Source of the DNA: Arenicellales bacterium
GTDB taxonomy: Bacteria; Pseudomonadota; Gammaproteobacteria; Arenicellales; JAJDZL01
Direction: 5' to 3'
NCBI GenBank assembly: GCA_965202615.1
Contig: OZ241837.1
Location: forward strand, 1,096,347-1,160,346
Length of the DNA: 64,000 nt
Shown: positions 47,761-58,083 of the stretch, one piece after another
Layout: every line of letters starts with the position of its first letter
How positions within the stretch are numbered: the stretch's first letter is position 1
Program-made: the position numbers and the translations under genes
Notes under the pieces: model-generated
What the model was told of the DNA's origin: nothing
Seen by the model: only the letters and a program-made list of their open reading frames with translations
Database searches by the model: none

Positions 47761-49071
47761 CTAGTATCTGTAGTAGTCAGGCTTGTAAGGGCCTGCTACC
47801 GGAACCCCGATATATTTTGCCTGCTCGTCGGTAAGGCGGGTGAGTTTGGCGCCGACTTTGTTCAGGTGCAATTGCGCCACCTCTTCGTCCAATACCTTCG
47901 GAAGAACATAGACCTTGTTCTCATATTGGTCGGTGTTGGTCCAAAGCTCAATTTGCGCCAGCACCTGGTTCGTGAATGAGTTCGACATGACGAAACTTGG
48001 ATGCCCGGTCGCACATCCCAGGTTGACCAACCGTCCCTCGGCAAGCAGTATCAATCGTTTTCCGTCAGGAAAGATGACATGGTCAACTTGTGGCTTAATG
48101 TTCTCCCATTCCAGTTTTCGTAACGATTCGATATCGATTTCACCATCAAAGTGTCCGATGTTGCACACGATTGCCTGATCTTTCATGACGTTCATGTGAT
48201 CCATCGTGATGACATGCCAATTGCCGGTTGCGGTAACGAATATGTCCGCGACCGTTGCCGCTTCCTCCATGGTCACTACACGATACCCCTCCATTGATGC
48301 CTGTAGAGCGCAGATCGGATCAATTTCGGTGATCAGTACGGTCGCACCCTGACCGCGAAGCGATTGAGCGCAGCCCTTGCCGACATCACCATATCCGCAT
48401 ACCACCGCGATTTTGCCCGCAATCATCGTATCGGTTGCCCGCTTGATTCCATCCAGAAGCGACTCGCGGCAACCGTAGAGATTGTCAAACTTGCTTTTGG
48501 TAACAGAGTCATTGACGTTGAAAGCCGGGCACAGTAAGGAGTCCTCCGACATCATTTCGTAGAGACGGTGAACGCCGGTGGTTGTCTCCTCGGTCAATCC
48601 TTTCACGTCTTTCATCAGATCAGGATACTTCTGATGCAGCACCAATGTGAGATCGCCGCCGTCATCAAGCAGCATATTCGGTCGCCAGTTGTCAGGACCA
48701 AAAATTGTCTGCTCAACACACCACCAGTATTCCTCTTCCGTTTCCCCTTTCCAGGCAAATACCGGAGTACCGGTCGCGGCAATTGCAGCAGCAGCATGAT
48801 CCTGGGTGGAAAAGATGTTGCAGGACGACCAGCGGATATCGGCGCCGAGTAACTGCAGGGTTTCAATCAGTACGGCCGTCTGAATCGTCATATGCAGGCA
48901 GCCCGCGATTCGCGCGCCTTTGAGCGGGTCGTCCTTAGAGTATTTGTTACGAACCGCCATCAGCCCTGGCATTTCGGTTTCAGCGATGGCAATTTCTTTG
49001 CGGCCCCATGCTGCCAGGTCAATATCGGCAATCTTGTAGTCCTGGGTCACGGTTTTCAGTGCTGTTGGCAT
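47761..49071 (-). CDS. ahcY: Adenosylhomocysteinase
   Basis: [29 protein letters not shown] and the NAD-binding [18 protein letters not shown] are classic AhcY motifs. Confidence 0.95.
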   Translation of the reverse strand: MPTALKTVTQDYKIADIDLAAWGRKEIAIAETEMPGLMAVRNKYSKDDPLKGARIAGCLHMTIQTAVLIETLQLLGADIRWSSCNIFSTQDHAAAAIAATGTPVFAWKGETEEEYWWCVEQTIFGPDNWRPNMLLDDGGDLTLVLHQKYPDLMKDVKGLTEETTTGVHRLYEMMSEDSLLCPAFNVNDSVTKSKFDNLYGCRESLLDGIKRATDTMIAGKIAVVCGYGDVGKGCAQSLRGQGATVLITEIDPICALQASMEGYRVVTMEEAATVADIFVTATGNWHVITMDHMNVMKDQAIVCNIGHFDGEIDIESLRKLEWENIKPQVDHVIFPDGKRLILLAEGRLVNLGCATGHPSFVMSNSFTNQVLAQIELWTNTDQYENKVYVLPKVLDEEVAQLHLNKVGAKLTRLTDEQAKYIGVPVAGPYKPDYYRY

Positions 49072-49119
49072 TTTGCCCGCCTCTTTTGAAGTTGTGAAAA
49101 AAGGTTGAATATTGTTGGG

Positions 49120-50319
49120 TTAACTTACGGCTGCAACCAGGTCGTCAACTTTGTCCGATTCCTCCCAGGAGAATCCTTCTTCGGTACGTCCAAAGTGCCC
49201 ATAAACAGCGGTTTGCTGATAAATCGGCCGCAACAAATCAAGATCTCTAATGATGCTTTTCGGTTGAAGGTCGAATACCGCGGAGACGATTTGTGACAGC
49301 TTTGCATCATCAAGTCCTGGCTTTGCAGTCGCGAAACTGTTGACCATCATCGAAACCGGCTTTGCAACGCCGATCGCGTACGCGATCTGAATTTCGCATC
49401 GTTCTGCCAGTCCTGCTTTCACCAGATTTTTTGCGACATGACGTGCCGCATACGCTGCAGAACGGTCGACTTTGGAAGGATCTTTGCCGGAAAACGCGCC
49501 ACCGCCGTGTCGGGCCATACCGCCATAGGTGTCGACGATGATTTTGCGTCCGGTCAACCCGCAATCAGCTTTGGGTCCGCCTTCAATAAACTTGCCGGTT
49601 GGATTAATCAGAATATTTTCATCAGAGGAAGGCATCCAACTCTCCTCAATTATCGGTTTGATAATTTCCTCAATCACGCCTTCCTTAAGCGTGCTGCGAC
49701 TGGCAGATTCATCATGCTGAGTCGACAACACAATCTTGGAGATCGAAACCGGTCTATCGTCTTCATATACGACACTGACCTGCGCTTTTGCATCCGGCCC
49801 CAGCCAGTCAAGAATGCCGTCCTTTCTTACTTTTGCCTGACGTTGCACAAGCCGATGCGCATAAGTGATCGGCAATGGCATGAGCACATCAGTTTCGTCG
49901 CATGCGTATCCAAACATCAGGCCCTGGTCGCCTGCTCCTTGTTCCTTGTCTTCGCCTTCACCTTCATTAATACCCTGGGCGATATCGGGCGACTGTTCGT
50001 TAAGCAAGTTGGTGATCTTGACCGTTTGCCAGTCGTAACCTCTGGCATCGCTGTCATATCCAATTTTTCTGATTGTCTGGCGTACGATTTCTTCGTAGTC
50101 TGTATCGATCGCCTGCGTGCTGATTTCGCCGGCAATCAAGGCATGATGCGTCAGTTCACCGCCGCTATTGGTCGATTTGACAAGGGTTTCGCAAGCAACC
50201 CGGCTGTTTTTGTCTTCTGAAATCAGCGCATCAAGGATTGCATCCGAAATCTGGTCGGCCATTTTGTCTGGATGCCCCTCCGAAACCGACTCGGAGGTGA
50301 AGATGTAATTCTTTGGCAT
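49120..50319 (-). CDS. metK: S-adenosylmethionine synthetase
   Basis: [37 protein letters not shown], and [28 protein letters not shown]. Confidence 0.95.
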   Translation of the reverse strand: MPKNYIFTSESVSEGHPDKMADQISDAILDALISEDKNSRVACETLVKSTNSGGELTHHALIAGEISTQAIDTDYEEIVRQTIRKIGYDSDARGYDWQTVKITNLLNEQSPDIAQGINEGEGEDKEQGAGDQGLMFGYACDETDVLMPLPITYAHRLVQRQAKVRKDGILDWLGPDAKAQVSVVYEDDRPVSISKIVLSTQHDESASRSTLKEGVIEEIIKPIIEESWMPSSDENILINPTGKFIEGGPKADCGLTGRKIIVDTYGGMARHGGGAFSGKDPSKVDRSAAYAARHVAKNLVKAGLAERCEIQIAYAIGVAKPVSMMVNSFATAKPGLDDAKLSQIVSAVFDLQPKSIIRDLDLLRPIYQQTAVYGHFGRTEEGFSWEESDKVDDLVAAVS

Positions 50320-50548
50320 TTAGGCTATTCCGCAAAGGGTAATAATGTTGTTGATGAGTTGAAGAATTCGAAAGTTCATTTTATCAGTTTCGAAAATCAG
50401 TGTGCGTTTGTCAAGGTGCCAAATCACAATACAGACACCACGCCAACACACAGGTGAATGCGAACATGAACTAACCCCTGACGCCGGGCAAGACGTCGGT
50501 CTATCGAATGGTTTAGGCAACCTGGATCAACGAGATGATGCAGAAAAA

Positions 50549-51946
50549 CTATAGTTCCCTGGATTTTCGTGCAACGGTATTGCGCCCCCAGCCGAGAATT
50601 TCGGATGCTCTTTGTATTTTTCCATCCGTGTGCCTTAGCACCGACTTGAGCATTCCCCGCTCGACAATTTCACTGAGTTCACCATCTTTGAGACCATCCG
50701 AGCTGTGCAGCAGTCGATTGATCGCATTTTGCAGAATGGCTTCAGGATCAAGTGCCATGTCGTCCGCGTCCTGGTAATGACCAAATACGAAGGGCAAATC
50801 CTCAAGAACGATGTGTTTTGCAGGGGTCATTACCGTCACCGAGCGACAGAAATTTTCAATTTCCCGCACGTTGCCCGGCCATTCATATGCAATCAAGAAA
50901 TCCATAACCTCGTCTGAAAGTGTCTTTGGCACTGTTTTGAGTTGCCTGGCAGCCTGTTTCATGAAGTACTGGATCAAGAGCGGAATATCTTCAATTCGGG
51001 CGCGAACCGGGGCTAGCGCGATTCGCACAACGTTCAACCGATGAAACAGGTCGCTGCGAAACCGGTTGTTTCGAACCAGTTCTTCAAGGTCTTGGTTGGT
51101 CGCTGCGATGATGCGCACATCAACAGAGATCTCGGTAACGCCACCCACACGATAGAACTTGCCTTCAGACATGACCCTGAGCAGCCTGCTTTGCAGATCG
51201 TGCGGCATGTCCCCGATCTCGTCCAGAAACAGCGTCCCCTTTTCCGCCTGCTCAAATCGGCCGATGCGGCGTTGATTGGCACCGGTGAAAGCCCCTTTTT
51301 CGTGACCGAACAGTTCGGATTCAAGCAGATCAGCGGGGATGGCCGCTGCATTGATCGCGACAAATACCTGGTCGCGTCGAACACTGTTATCGTACAAGGC
51401 TCTCGCGACCAACTCTTTCCCGGTCCCTGATTCACCGGTAATCAGGACATTGAGATCAGACTTTGAAAGCCTGCCTATTGCGCGAAACAGCTCCTGCATG
51501 GCCGTTGATTCACCAATCATGCGGGTTTTGGTTCGATTGTCTGAAGGCGCCATTTCCGGTTTATCTTCGACATCCTGCAAAACGCGTTGCACCAGATTGA
51601 CCGCAACATCAATATCAAAGGGTTTGGCAAGGTGTTCTCGCGCTCCTCTTTGGAAAGACTCAACGGTTGTGTCCAGATCGGAATAGGCAGTCATGACAAT
51701 AACCGGCACTTGCGGATGCTCTGCCTGCACCCAACGCAGGAATTCAAGCCCGCTGCGACCCTCCATTCGTATGTCGGTCACTATGATCGTCGGCAGTTCA
51801 TGAGCGAACATCGCAAGCGCTTCATCCGCGCTGCTGAACTGTCTGCTGCCGATTCCCTCCTGTTTTAGGGCTTGCGCCAGCACCCAGCGAATTGAGTCGT
51901 CGTCATCGACGATCCAGATCATCGATTTTCCTGATTCTGCGCTCAT
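50549..51946 (-). CDS. glnG: Nitrogen regulation response regulator NtrC (sigma54 activator)
   Basis: The receiver domain is [14 protein letters not shown]...TDIRM. The AAA+ domain is [11 protein letters not shown]...GAFTGA. A C-terminal Fis-type HTH is present. It overlaps the ntrB stop by 4 nt. Confidence 0.9.
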   Translation of the reverse strand: MSAESGKSMIWIVDDDDSIRWVLAQALKQEGIGSRQFSSADEALAMFAHELPTIIVTDIRMEGRSGLEFLRWVQAEHPQVPVIVMTAYSDLDTTVESFQRGAREHLAKPFDIDVAVNLVQRVLQDVEDKPEMAPSDNRTKTRMIGESTAMQELFRAIGRLSKSDLNVLITGESGTGKELVARALYDNSVRRDQVFVAINAAAIPADLLESELFGHEKGAFTGANQRRIGRFEQAEKGTLFLDEIGDMPHDLQSRLLRVMSEGKFYRVGGVTEISVDVRIIAATNQDLEELVRNNRFRSDLFHRLNVVRIALAPVRARIEDIPLLIQYFMKQAARQLKTVPKTLSDEVMDFLIAYEWPGNVREIENFCRSVTVMTPAKHIVLEDLPFVFGHYQDADDMALDPEAILQNAINRLLHSSDGLKDGELSEIVERGMLKSVLRHTDGKIQRASEILGWGRNTVARKSREL

Positions 51947-53064
51947 TTGGCAAAAGAATTGTTATGGCCGCAACCGTTTGATCCGGCAAATTTCAGGATT
52001 GTGGTAAAACAGGTTCGTCCCGGTCTGCTCTCACAACTGATGCTTCCGCTATGGCGGGCGATGATTTGGTGAACGATTGACAGCCCGAGACCTTCACCCT
52101 TGGGTTTGCCGGATATCATCGGGTAAAACACCTGGTCAACAATTTCGTCTGGAATTCCGCACCCATCATCTTCAATGTCAATTCTGGCGGCGCTCAAGTA
52201 ACGGGTTTTGCCAAGGGTCACCTGTCGTTCAACGCGCGTGCGCAACGTTATTCTGCCTGACGCTTCACATGCTTCGATCGCGTTTCGCATCATGTTTACA
52301 AACGCTTGAATCAGCTGTTCTCGGTCACCCAGCACTGGCGGCAGACTCGGATCATAGTCTCGAACGATTTTGAGAGTGCCATGAACCTCGGCAAGGGCAA
52401 GCCGATAGACGTGCTCGAGAACTTCATGGATATTGATTTCTTCAAGCTGCATGGTTGCTTGTGTGTAGGACATACCATCGACCAGCCCGCAAAGCCGATC
52501 TGTTTCCCGAATGATGATTTCGGTATATGGCTGTAAATCGGGGTGTTTGGCGAGTTGTCGGTCCAGCAGCTGGGCGGCGCCGCGAAGCCCGCCCAAAGGA
52601 TTTTTGATTTCGTGCGCAATCGATCGAATGACAGCAGAGTTTGCGTGTTGTCCGATTTCCATTGTGTCTTCTTCAAGCTGTCGCACTGCCTTGTTGACTT
52701 CGTTGATTTCCAGAATCAGGCAACTTGCCCCTTCAAACTGAATTGGAGTCAGGATGCAGTCGACCAGTTTCGGCCGACGGTTGGACGACAGCAGTTCCGT
52801 ACGGCGCAGAGTCGTCGCCTGCGAGGTGGCAAGAGACCTCAGCAGGATCTCTTTAATGTCTTTATGCTGGAGGAAACCAAGAACGCTTTCACCAGTCGCC
52901 TGGTTTTCACTGAATTGAAACAGCGACTGTGCGGCGGGGTTGGTAGACTCAATGACCAGATCTGAGTTGCAAAAAATAATTGCGGTACTGAGTTCTTGCA
53001 GCAAATCCAGGTGTGTTCCCGGCAGCGGGCGGTCGAAACGAATGTGGTTCTCAGAAGCCATCAT
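51943..53064 (-). CDS. glnL: Nitrogen regulation sensor histidine kinase NtrB
   Basis: It has an N-terminal PAS domain, the H-box SIAHEIKNPLGGLRGAAQLL, and ATP-binding N/G boxes (NAIEA...DDGCGIP...GLGLSI). Confidence 0.9.
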   Translation of the reverse strand: MMASENHIRFDRPLPGTHLDLLQELSTAIIFCNSDLVIESTNPAAQSLFQFSENQATGESVLGFLQHKDIKEILLRSLATSQATTLRRTELLSSNRRPKLVDCILTPIQFEGASCLILEINEVNKAVRQLEEDTMEIGQHANSAVIRSIAHEIKNPLGGLRGAAQLLDRQLAKHPDLQPYTEIIIRETDRLCGLVDGMSYTQATMQLEEINIHEVLEHVYRLALAEVHGTLKIVRDYDPSLPPVLGDREQLIQAFVNMMRNAIEACEASGRITLRTRVERQVTLGKTRYLSAARIDIEDDGCGIPDEIVDQVFYPMISGKPKGEGLGLSIVHQIIARHSGSISCESRPGRTCFTTILKFAGSNGCGHNNSFAK

Positions 53065-53127
53065 TCAGGATCAGTGAAGTGACAAATGGTCATCGGGTTT
53101 TGCTCACAAATCTGCGGCAAGGATATT

Positions 53128-53157
53128 GACTTGGCGACCTCTGGAGGCCGCCAAGTC
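53128..53157 (-). other. GC-rich hairpin in the glnA-ntrB spacer (possible attenuator or 3'-UTR processing element)
   Basis: GACTTGGCG-a-CCT-ctgg-AGG-c-CGCCAAGTC forms 9+3 bp. No U-tract follows on the coding (minus) strand, so it is not a canonical intrinsic terminator. Confidence 0.35.
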
Positions 53158-53234
53158 GTCCAATCAATTTCAGGCGATTATGGACTGCGGAAAATCCTGA
53201 ATCCAGGCATGCATCGTTCCATTCTCGCCGGATA

Positions 53235-54683
53235 TCAATTGCTGTAGTACATCTCAAATTCTAGAGGATGCGTAACCAGTCGCATAGCCTTGACGTCTTC
53301 ATTGAGCAGATCAATGTATGCATCAATGGCCGTGTCCGTAAACACTCCGCCTTCCTTGAGAAAATCCCGATCATATTTCAGTGCAATCAGCGCCTGATTC
53401 AAGGATGGGGCGACATGCGGTATGTTCTTTTCCTCTTCCGCCGAGATTTCGTAGAGATCTCCTTCAGCAGGCGGTCCCGGGTCTATCTTGTTCTTGATGC
53501 CATCGATACCTGCCATCAGCATTGCTGCAAACGCCAGATATGGATTCGCCAGCGGGTCCGGGAAACGGATCTCGACACGTCTTTGTGATTCGGGCGTGAA
53601 CGGAATTCGGCAAGATGCCGAGCGGTTGTGTGCAGAGTACTGCAGAAGAACCGGCGCTTCAAATCCCGGCACCAGTCGCTTGTAGCTGTTGGTTGACGGA
53701 TTCGTGAACGCGTTGAGCGCCCGGGCGTGCTTGAATATGCCGCCGATGTACCACAAGGCTTCCTGACTCAATCCGCAGTGTTCATCTCCGGCAAACATTG
53801 ATTTGCCGTCTCTGACCAGAGACTGATGGACATGCATGCCCGAACCGTTGTCTCCGACCAGCGGCTTCGGCATGAACGTTGCAGTATAGCCGTGAGCATT
53901 GGCGACGTTTTTCACGCAGTACTTGTACAGCTGTGTCCGGTCGGCCATATTGACCAGAGTGTTATAGCGAATTCCAATTTCCGCCTGACCTGCGGTGCCG
54001 ACTTCGTGGTGATGTTTTTCAACATCAACGCCCATGTCGAGCATGGCCTGACACATGGCAGAGCGAATGTCGACAAATGAATCGATCGGTGGAACCGGGA
54101 AGTATCCGCCCTTGATGTTGGGGCGATGTCCAAGATTTGGTCCATGATCAAAATCCTGGTTGCTGTTCCAAGCGCCTTCGTACGAATTAATCTCATAGAA
54201 AACGCTTTCCATGTGCGTACTCCAGCGCACACCGTCGAATATAAAAAATTCCGGCTCGGGGCCAAAATATGCTGTGTCGGCGATACCCGTCGAAGCGAGA
54301 TAGTCTTCGGCCTTCTGACCGATGCTTCGCGGATCCTTTTCATACCACTCGTCCTTTCCAGGATTGTAGATGCTGCAGCGAATGGTGACAGTCGTCTCCT
54401 GCAGGAAAGGATCTACCACGCAAGCCCGCGGGTCCAAAATCATGCACATGTCCGATTCGTTAATAGGCTGCCAGCCTGCAATTGAGGACCCGTCAAACAT
54501 GACGGGGCCGTCAAACATTTCTTCAGAAAAATTCGAAACCGGCCAGCTTAAATGCTGAACCATGCCTCGGGTATCGGTAAAACGAAAACTGACCCATTTG
54601 GCATTACTGTCACGGATCAGTTTCATCGCGCTTTCTACCGCTTTAGGATCTTTAATCGATTCAATAGCCTTTTCGACAGACAT
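53235..54683 (-). CDS. glnA: Glutamine synthetase type I
   Basis: KWVSFRFTDTRGMVQH, MFDGSSIAGWQPINESDM, GSGMHVHQSL, and the adenylylation-site region NPYLAFAAMLMAGIDG. Confidence 0.95.
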   Translation of the reverse strand: MSVEKAIESIKDPKAVESAMKLIRDSNAKWVSFRFTDTRGMVQHLSWPVSNFSEEMFDGPVMFDGSSIAGWQPINESDMCMILDPRACVVDPFLQETTVTIRCSIYNPGKDEWYEKDPRSIGQKAEDYLASTGIADTAYFGPEPEFFIFDGVRWSTHMESVFYEINSYEGAWNSNQDFDHGPNLGHRPNIKGGYFPVPPIDSFVDIRSAMCQAMLDMGVDVEKHHHEVGTAGQAEIGIRYNTLVNMADRTQLYKYCVKNVANAHGYTATFMPKPLVGDNGSGMHVHQSLVRDGKSMFAGDEHCGLSQEALWYIGGIFKHARALNAFTNPSTNSYKRLVPGFEAPVLLQYSAHNRSASCRIPFTPESQRRVEIRFPDPLANPYLAFAAMLMAGIDGIKNKIDPGPPAEGDLYEISAEEEKNIPHVAPSLNQALIALKYDRDFLKEGGVFTDTAIDAYIDLLNEDVKAMRLVTHPLEFEMYYSN

Positions 54684-54729
54684 TGATTTTTCCTCCAGAA
54701 TTTAGAAAATGAACTACGCCAGAATAAAC

Positions 54730-54745
54730 AGCAATTCTCATGCCA
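54730..54745 (-). promoter_or_regulatory. Sigma54 (-24/-12) promoter of glnA
   Basis: The minus strand reads TGGCAT-GAGAA-TTGCT (consensus TGGCAC-N5-TTGCA), about 45 nt upstream of the glnA ATG. Confidence 0.75.
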
Positions 54746-54814
54746 GAAATTGCAACGGATTTTAGCGTATAAATCCAACAAATCGCGCCATTATAGTGCG
54801 TGAAATTTGCAGAA

Positions 54815-54831
54815 CGCACCAAAATGGTGCA
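54815..54831. promoter_or_regulatory. NtrC enhancer-binding site
   Basis: CGCACCAAAATGGTGCA is a near-perfect match to the NtrC palindrome TGCACC-N5-GGTGCA. It lies about 70-85 bp upstream of the sigma54 promoter. Confidence 0.7.
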
Positions 54832-54920
54832 TCAAGCGCCAGACAAGGTAAACAGGTTGACTGGGGTGCGGGAAGTCGGGAGCAGATGAATGGTGAGACC
54901 AAATTCGACAGTGAATTAGG

Positions 54921-55154
54921 CTATGCACAAATCTGCAAAAGCACCGTAGATTCGTCGTCGTCGGTTTCAGTCGAGATGACCCGGTGTCCATGAATTCGGC
55001 ACCAGGCGGGAATATCAGACAACGCACCCGGATCGGTACATCGCACCTTAAGTATTTCCCCGTTTTCCAGCTCGGCAACCCGTTGCTGGGTGCGAATGAC
55101 CGGCATCGGACAGATCAGGTTCCTGGCATCCAGGATGTGATTTATACGTACCAC
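54921..55154 (-). CDS. tusA: TusA/SirA-family sulfurtransferase
   Basis: LDARNLICPMPVIRTQQRV carries the CPxP active-site motif. 77 aa. Confidence 0.85.
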   Translation of the reverse strand: MVRINHILDARNLICPMPVIRTQQRVAELENGEILKVRCTDPGALSDIPAWCRIHGHRVISTETDDDESTVLLQICA

Positions 55155-56185
55155 GGTTCTTGCACTTCAGCGGGTTTCATCGGGGCGACAGACAGCATGC
55201 GCTGATTGCCATTCGCATCGGTGAATTGCACATCAACCTTGTCGGCGTTTCGGGAACTGCCGAATCGGGCAACCAATCGCGCAGCCATTTCGACGTCTTC
55301 TTCGGGGATGGGTCCGTCAACCAGACTCAATGGACCCGAGTGACTGGTAATGCAAAGGTGTGCAAATTTCGAACGATAGCCGCGCAAGTACTGGGTTTCA
55401 CCGGAATCACGTGCAATGATCAGTTTCCAGCCAGTACCGGGTCGCAGGTGTCGGCCGACCTTGAGCAACATAATGTCATCGAATTCGTAGTTCTTGTGGT
55501 CCCGATGATCCCAGAAATCCTGGAGTTTGCGAGAATAGGATTTATCGGTCAGGAAACAGCACCCGCCGGCCGGCTGCGAGTACTCCTCAATCCCAAATTC
55601 TTTGGCCAACGCGATTTGCATGTGGCGGCCTCGTCCTGTTATGTTGAACAGTTTCTCCCGGTCAACCCAGCCCGCTCTTTCGGGCAGGCTCGGGGGGAGC
55701 AGTTTTGCGCTCAAGGGGCGCAGCAATCGGTCGAATGCACCGGATTCTCTGGCGACAACCGGAAATGTGCTTCGTCGTTGTGATTTTGGGCGCTGTCCCA
55801 GCACTTCACCGGTAACGATAAAGTCGAACTCATTGTGCTCCATCCACTCTTTTGCTTTACCCACCATAAATCCTTTACAGTCAAGGCAAGGATTCAGATG
55901 TGCGCCATAGCCATGCTTTGGATTGAGAACGATCTCCTTGTAGGGCTCAATCGCCTCGATGATGTGCAATTTGATGCCGATCTGCTCCGCAGACCAAAGC
56001 GCATTGTTGCGTTTAGCCCTGTTTTTATCGCGATTTCTGATCGCGTGGGTATGGCCTTCGACACAAAAGCCCGTAAATATGTTGAGCCCTTCCACATGAA
56101 TGTCCTGCTCAAGCATAATTCGGGCGGCCAGCATTGAATCAAGCCCCCCTGATATCAGCGCAATGGCTTTTCGTTTCTTTGCCAT
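55142..56185 (-). CDS. PP-loop ATP pyrophosphatase of the ThiI/MnmA-like tRNA sulfurtransferase superfamily
   Basis: The N-terminus KAIALISGGLDSMLAA carries the SGGxDS PP-loop. Conserved cysteines are NPCLDCK and GGCCF. Its 3' end overlaps the tusA start by 13 nt. Confidence 0.65.
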   Translation of the reverse strand: MAKKRKAIALISGGLDSMLAARIMLEQDIHVEGLNIFTGFCVEGHTHAIRNRDKNRAKRNNALWSAEQIGIKLHIIEAIEPYKEIVLNPKHGYGAHLNPCLDCKGFMVGKAKEWMEHNEFDFIVTGEVLGQRPKSQRRSTFPVVARESGAFDRLLRPLSAKLLPPSLPERAGWVDREKLFNITGRGRHMQIALAKEFGIEEYSQPAGGCCFLTDKSYSRKLQDFWDHRDHKNYEFDDIMLLKVGRHLRPGTGWKLIIARDSGETQYLRGYRSKFAHLCITSHSGPLSLVDGPIPEEDVEMAARLVARFGSSRNADKVDVQFTDANGNQRMLSVAPMKPAEVQEPWYV

Positions 56186-56894
56186 TGGTCCCGGAAATAG
56201 TAGTAGAAACTGAGAATTTGATATTTTACTTCACAGTGATTAAATCCCCTCTACCGTGGAAAAGGTCAATATTGTTCGACGTGTGATTTTGTAGCTTAAG
56301 GGATGTCTGCAGCAAAAGCCGCAGTAGCATGCTAGGCGCACCGTGCGTTTAGTCGCGTATAGCCTCGATCGCGAATGCCATGAAGTCGAGTGCAGTGATG
56401 ACTCCTTGTTTCGCCAGATGTTTGCAAGCACAAAGTGGGTAAAAGTTTGCACAGCGCACGGCGGTTATCAAGCTCGTCAACTGAAGATTTAGGAATGCTT
56501 AAGTATCTGGTTTCGAGGTATGTGCATTTTTGAGGGTGCGACTAAATGCAAGTCACTGCGGTACCATCAACTTTTTTCCTTTGGCACATCGCCGCAGGAG
56601 CACATTGATGTAAAAAATGAAACAATTCCGATAAGTACCGAAAATTCTGGATTACTCCTGATAACGCTTCAGTCGAGGTATGATTCGTAGAGCACGCTGG
56701 TCGAATGAATTTGAGTGTCCACGATTTGATTCAGATTTAGTCATCGCTTAGACAACTACAAATCCATGCCCTTCCTTTGCTATAGCTACAGAGACTGCTG
56801 TAAGCGATTCAGCACAAAACAGCATATTTATAGAATGTGCTAAAATCGAAATAAAATTAATTCGTTACAACTTACATTCTACTCGGAGGTAATC

Positions 56895-57149
56895 ATGGCA
56901 ACTCTATCAGAGGAGATTGTTGCCTATGAATCCATGCAACGATCACTCGAATTAGACCACTTTGGGAAATGGGTAGTAATCCACAATAAAGAACTATCAG
57001 GAGTTTTTGATTCGTTTGAAGATGCTGCAGAAGACGCTGTTGAGCGATTTGGTTCTGGGCCATACCTTATTCGCGAGGTGGGGGCTTCTTCAGTCACCCT
57101 TCCAGCCTCTGTACTATATCGTCCAGTGTTTGACAATGCTACAGGTTGA
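56895..57149 (+). CDS. Small protein (84 aa), DUF5678-like
   Basis: GGAGG lies 6 nt upstream of the ATG. GKWVVIHNKELSGVFDSFEDAAEDAVERFGSGPYLIREVG resembles the DUF5678 pattern I recall. It overlaps the downstream protease gene. Confidence 0.55.
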   Translation: MATLSEEIVAYESMQRSLELDHFGKWVVIHNKELSGVFDSFEDAAEDAVERFGSGPYLIREVGASSVTLPASVLYRPVFDNATG

Positions 57150-57597
57150 GTGCGGATTTATTGATAAGACTGAACTGTTGGTTCATTTCGGACCCTCCAT
57201 AAGTGTACAAATTGGGTTTGATTCAAGCTACCGCCCTAAAAGTAGTTCAAAACCTAAATTGCCAACTAATGAATATCACGCTTTGATTGATACTGGAGCG
57301 CAATTGAATTGTATTGATTCAGCTGTTGCCGCAGGCTTGAAACTTCCAATCATTAACGAGGTGTCTGTTTCAGGAGCGCATGGTTCTGGTAAAGTAAATG
57401 TTCATCTCGCACAAATTCATATTCCAGCATTCCCTTACACAATATATGGAGCATTTTGTGGTGTCCATTTGCATGTGGGTGGTCAAACTCATAGTGCGCT
57501 TTTGGGACGAACATTTCTTCAAAGTATGAAAATGACTTATGAAGGTAATACTGGGTCTGTAGTTCTTTCATATCAACCACATCGCTTACCGAGTTAA
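57136..57597 (+). CDS. Retropepsin-like (clan AA) aspartic protease
   Basis: HALIDTGAQLNCID contains the D-T-G-A catalytic motif in a hydrophobic context. LLGRTFL near the C-terminus is typical of the dimerising retropepsin fold. The ATG at 57136 overlaps the upstream gene by 14 nt. Confidence 0.65.
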   Translation: MLQVECGFIDKTELLVHFGPSISVQIGFDSSYRPKSSSKPKLPTNEYHALIDTGAQLNCIDSAVAAGLKLPIINEVSVSGAHGSGKVNVHLAQIHIPAFPYTIYGAFCGVHLHVGGQTHSALLGRTFLQSMKMTYEGNTGSVVLSYQPHRLPS

Positions 57598-57643
57598 TTT
57601 ATCTATTCTTTTCGGTGCTAAACAAAATAACTCTCAAAAAAGC

Positions 57644-57663
57644 GCCTCTGAGAGGCTTTTTTT
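57644..57663 (+). terminator. Rho-independent terminator after the protease gene
   Basis: GCCTC-tga-GAGGC is followed by TTTTTTT. An A-run precedes it, so it may act bidirectionally. Confidence 0.7.
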
Positions 57664-58083
57664 CGATTGGTGTTGTTTGACTACATCAGCACTGCGGTCA
57701 ATGATAGGCCTCCAATTCATTGCGAGTAGTAATCGGAAGGTTCCACTCGTGTTCACAGGGGTTCTCTGGAAAATTAGACTGAAATTTTGTTTGAATTCTT
57801 ATTGGAAATATTTGATTAGTTTTCATAACACCTGAAATAACGAATATCAATCCAATATTTACTAACGGCCCCATTTTTCACTGAATGTGGCCTCTGGAGC
57901 GACTAAATGAATATCACCGACCTGATCACGCAATCGGGGATTAGTGAGCGACTTAACGGCATAGAGCACCCCCAATCTTTTGGATCGGAGACTTGTTCAA
58001 AAAGATCAAATTGTGGGTAGCAGGAAGGAACGATGCGTCATACGTGATCATCTAAACGACTGACCGGAAACTGGCCAAATCGA

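Noticed and set aside
49438-50220. Long antisense ORFs opposite strongly conserved genes. This 260-aa ORF is opposite metK. Others are 45120-45848 opposite the aminotransferase, 22878-23468 opposite the BMP protein, 21332-21937 opposite the ABC ATPase, 60630-61190 and 58920-59420 opposite glyQS, 55160-55783 opposite the PP-loop gene, and 17993-18586 opposite the deacetylase.
   Set aside because: In each case the opposite strand encodes a protein with unmistakable family motifs. The antisense translations are Arg/Ser/Cys-rich with no motifs, which is typical of shadow ORFs.
50320-50548. Possible SAM/SAH riboswitch or MetJ boxes in the 229-nt leader upstream of metK-ahcY
   Set aside because: I looked on the minus strand for SAH-riboswitch (…GGAGCGCUGC…AGGCUCGG…AACGGCGCUC) or SAM-II-like cores and found none. 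Only one partial met-box-like octamer is present (CGACGTCT, near 50494-50501). A single box without tandem repeats is insufficient. Worth an Rfam scan, but not supportable by eye.
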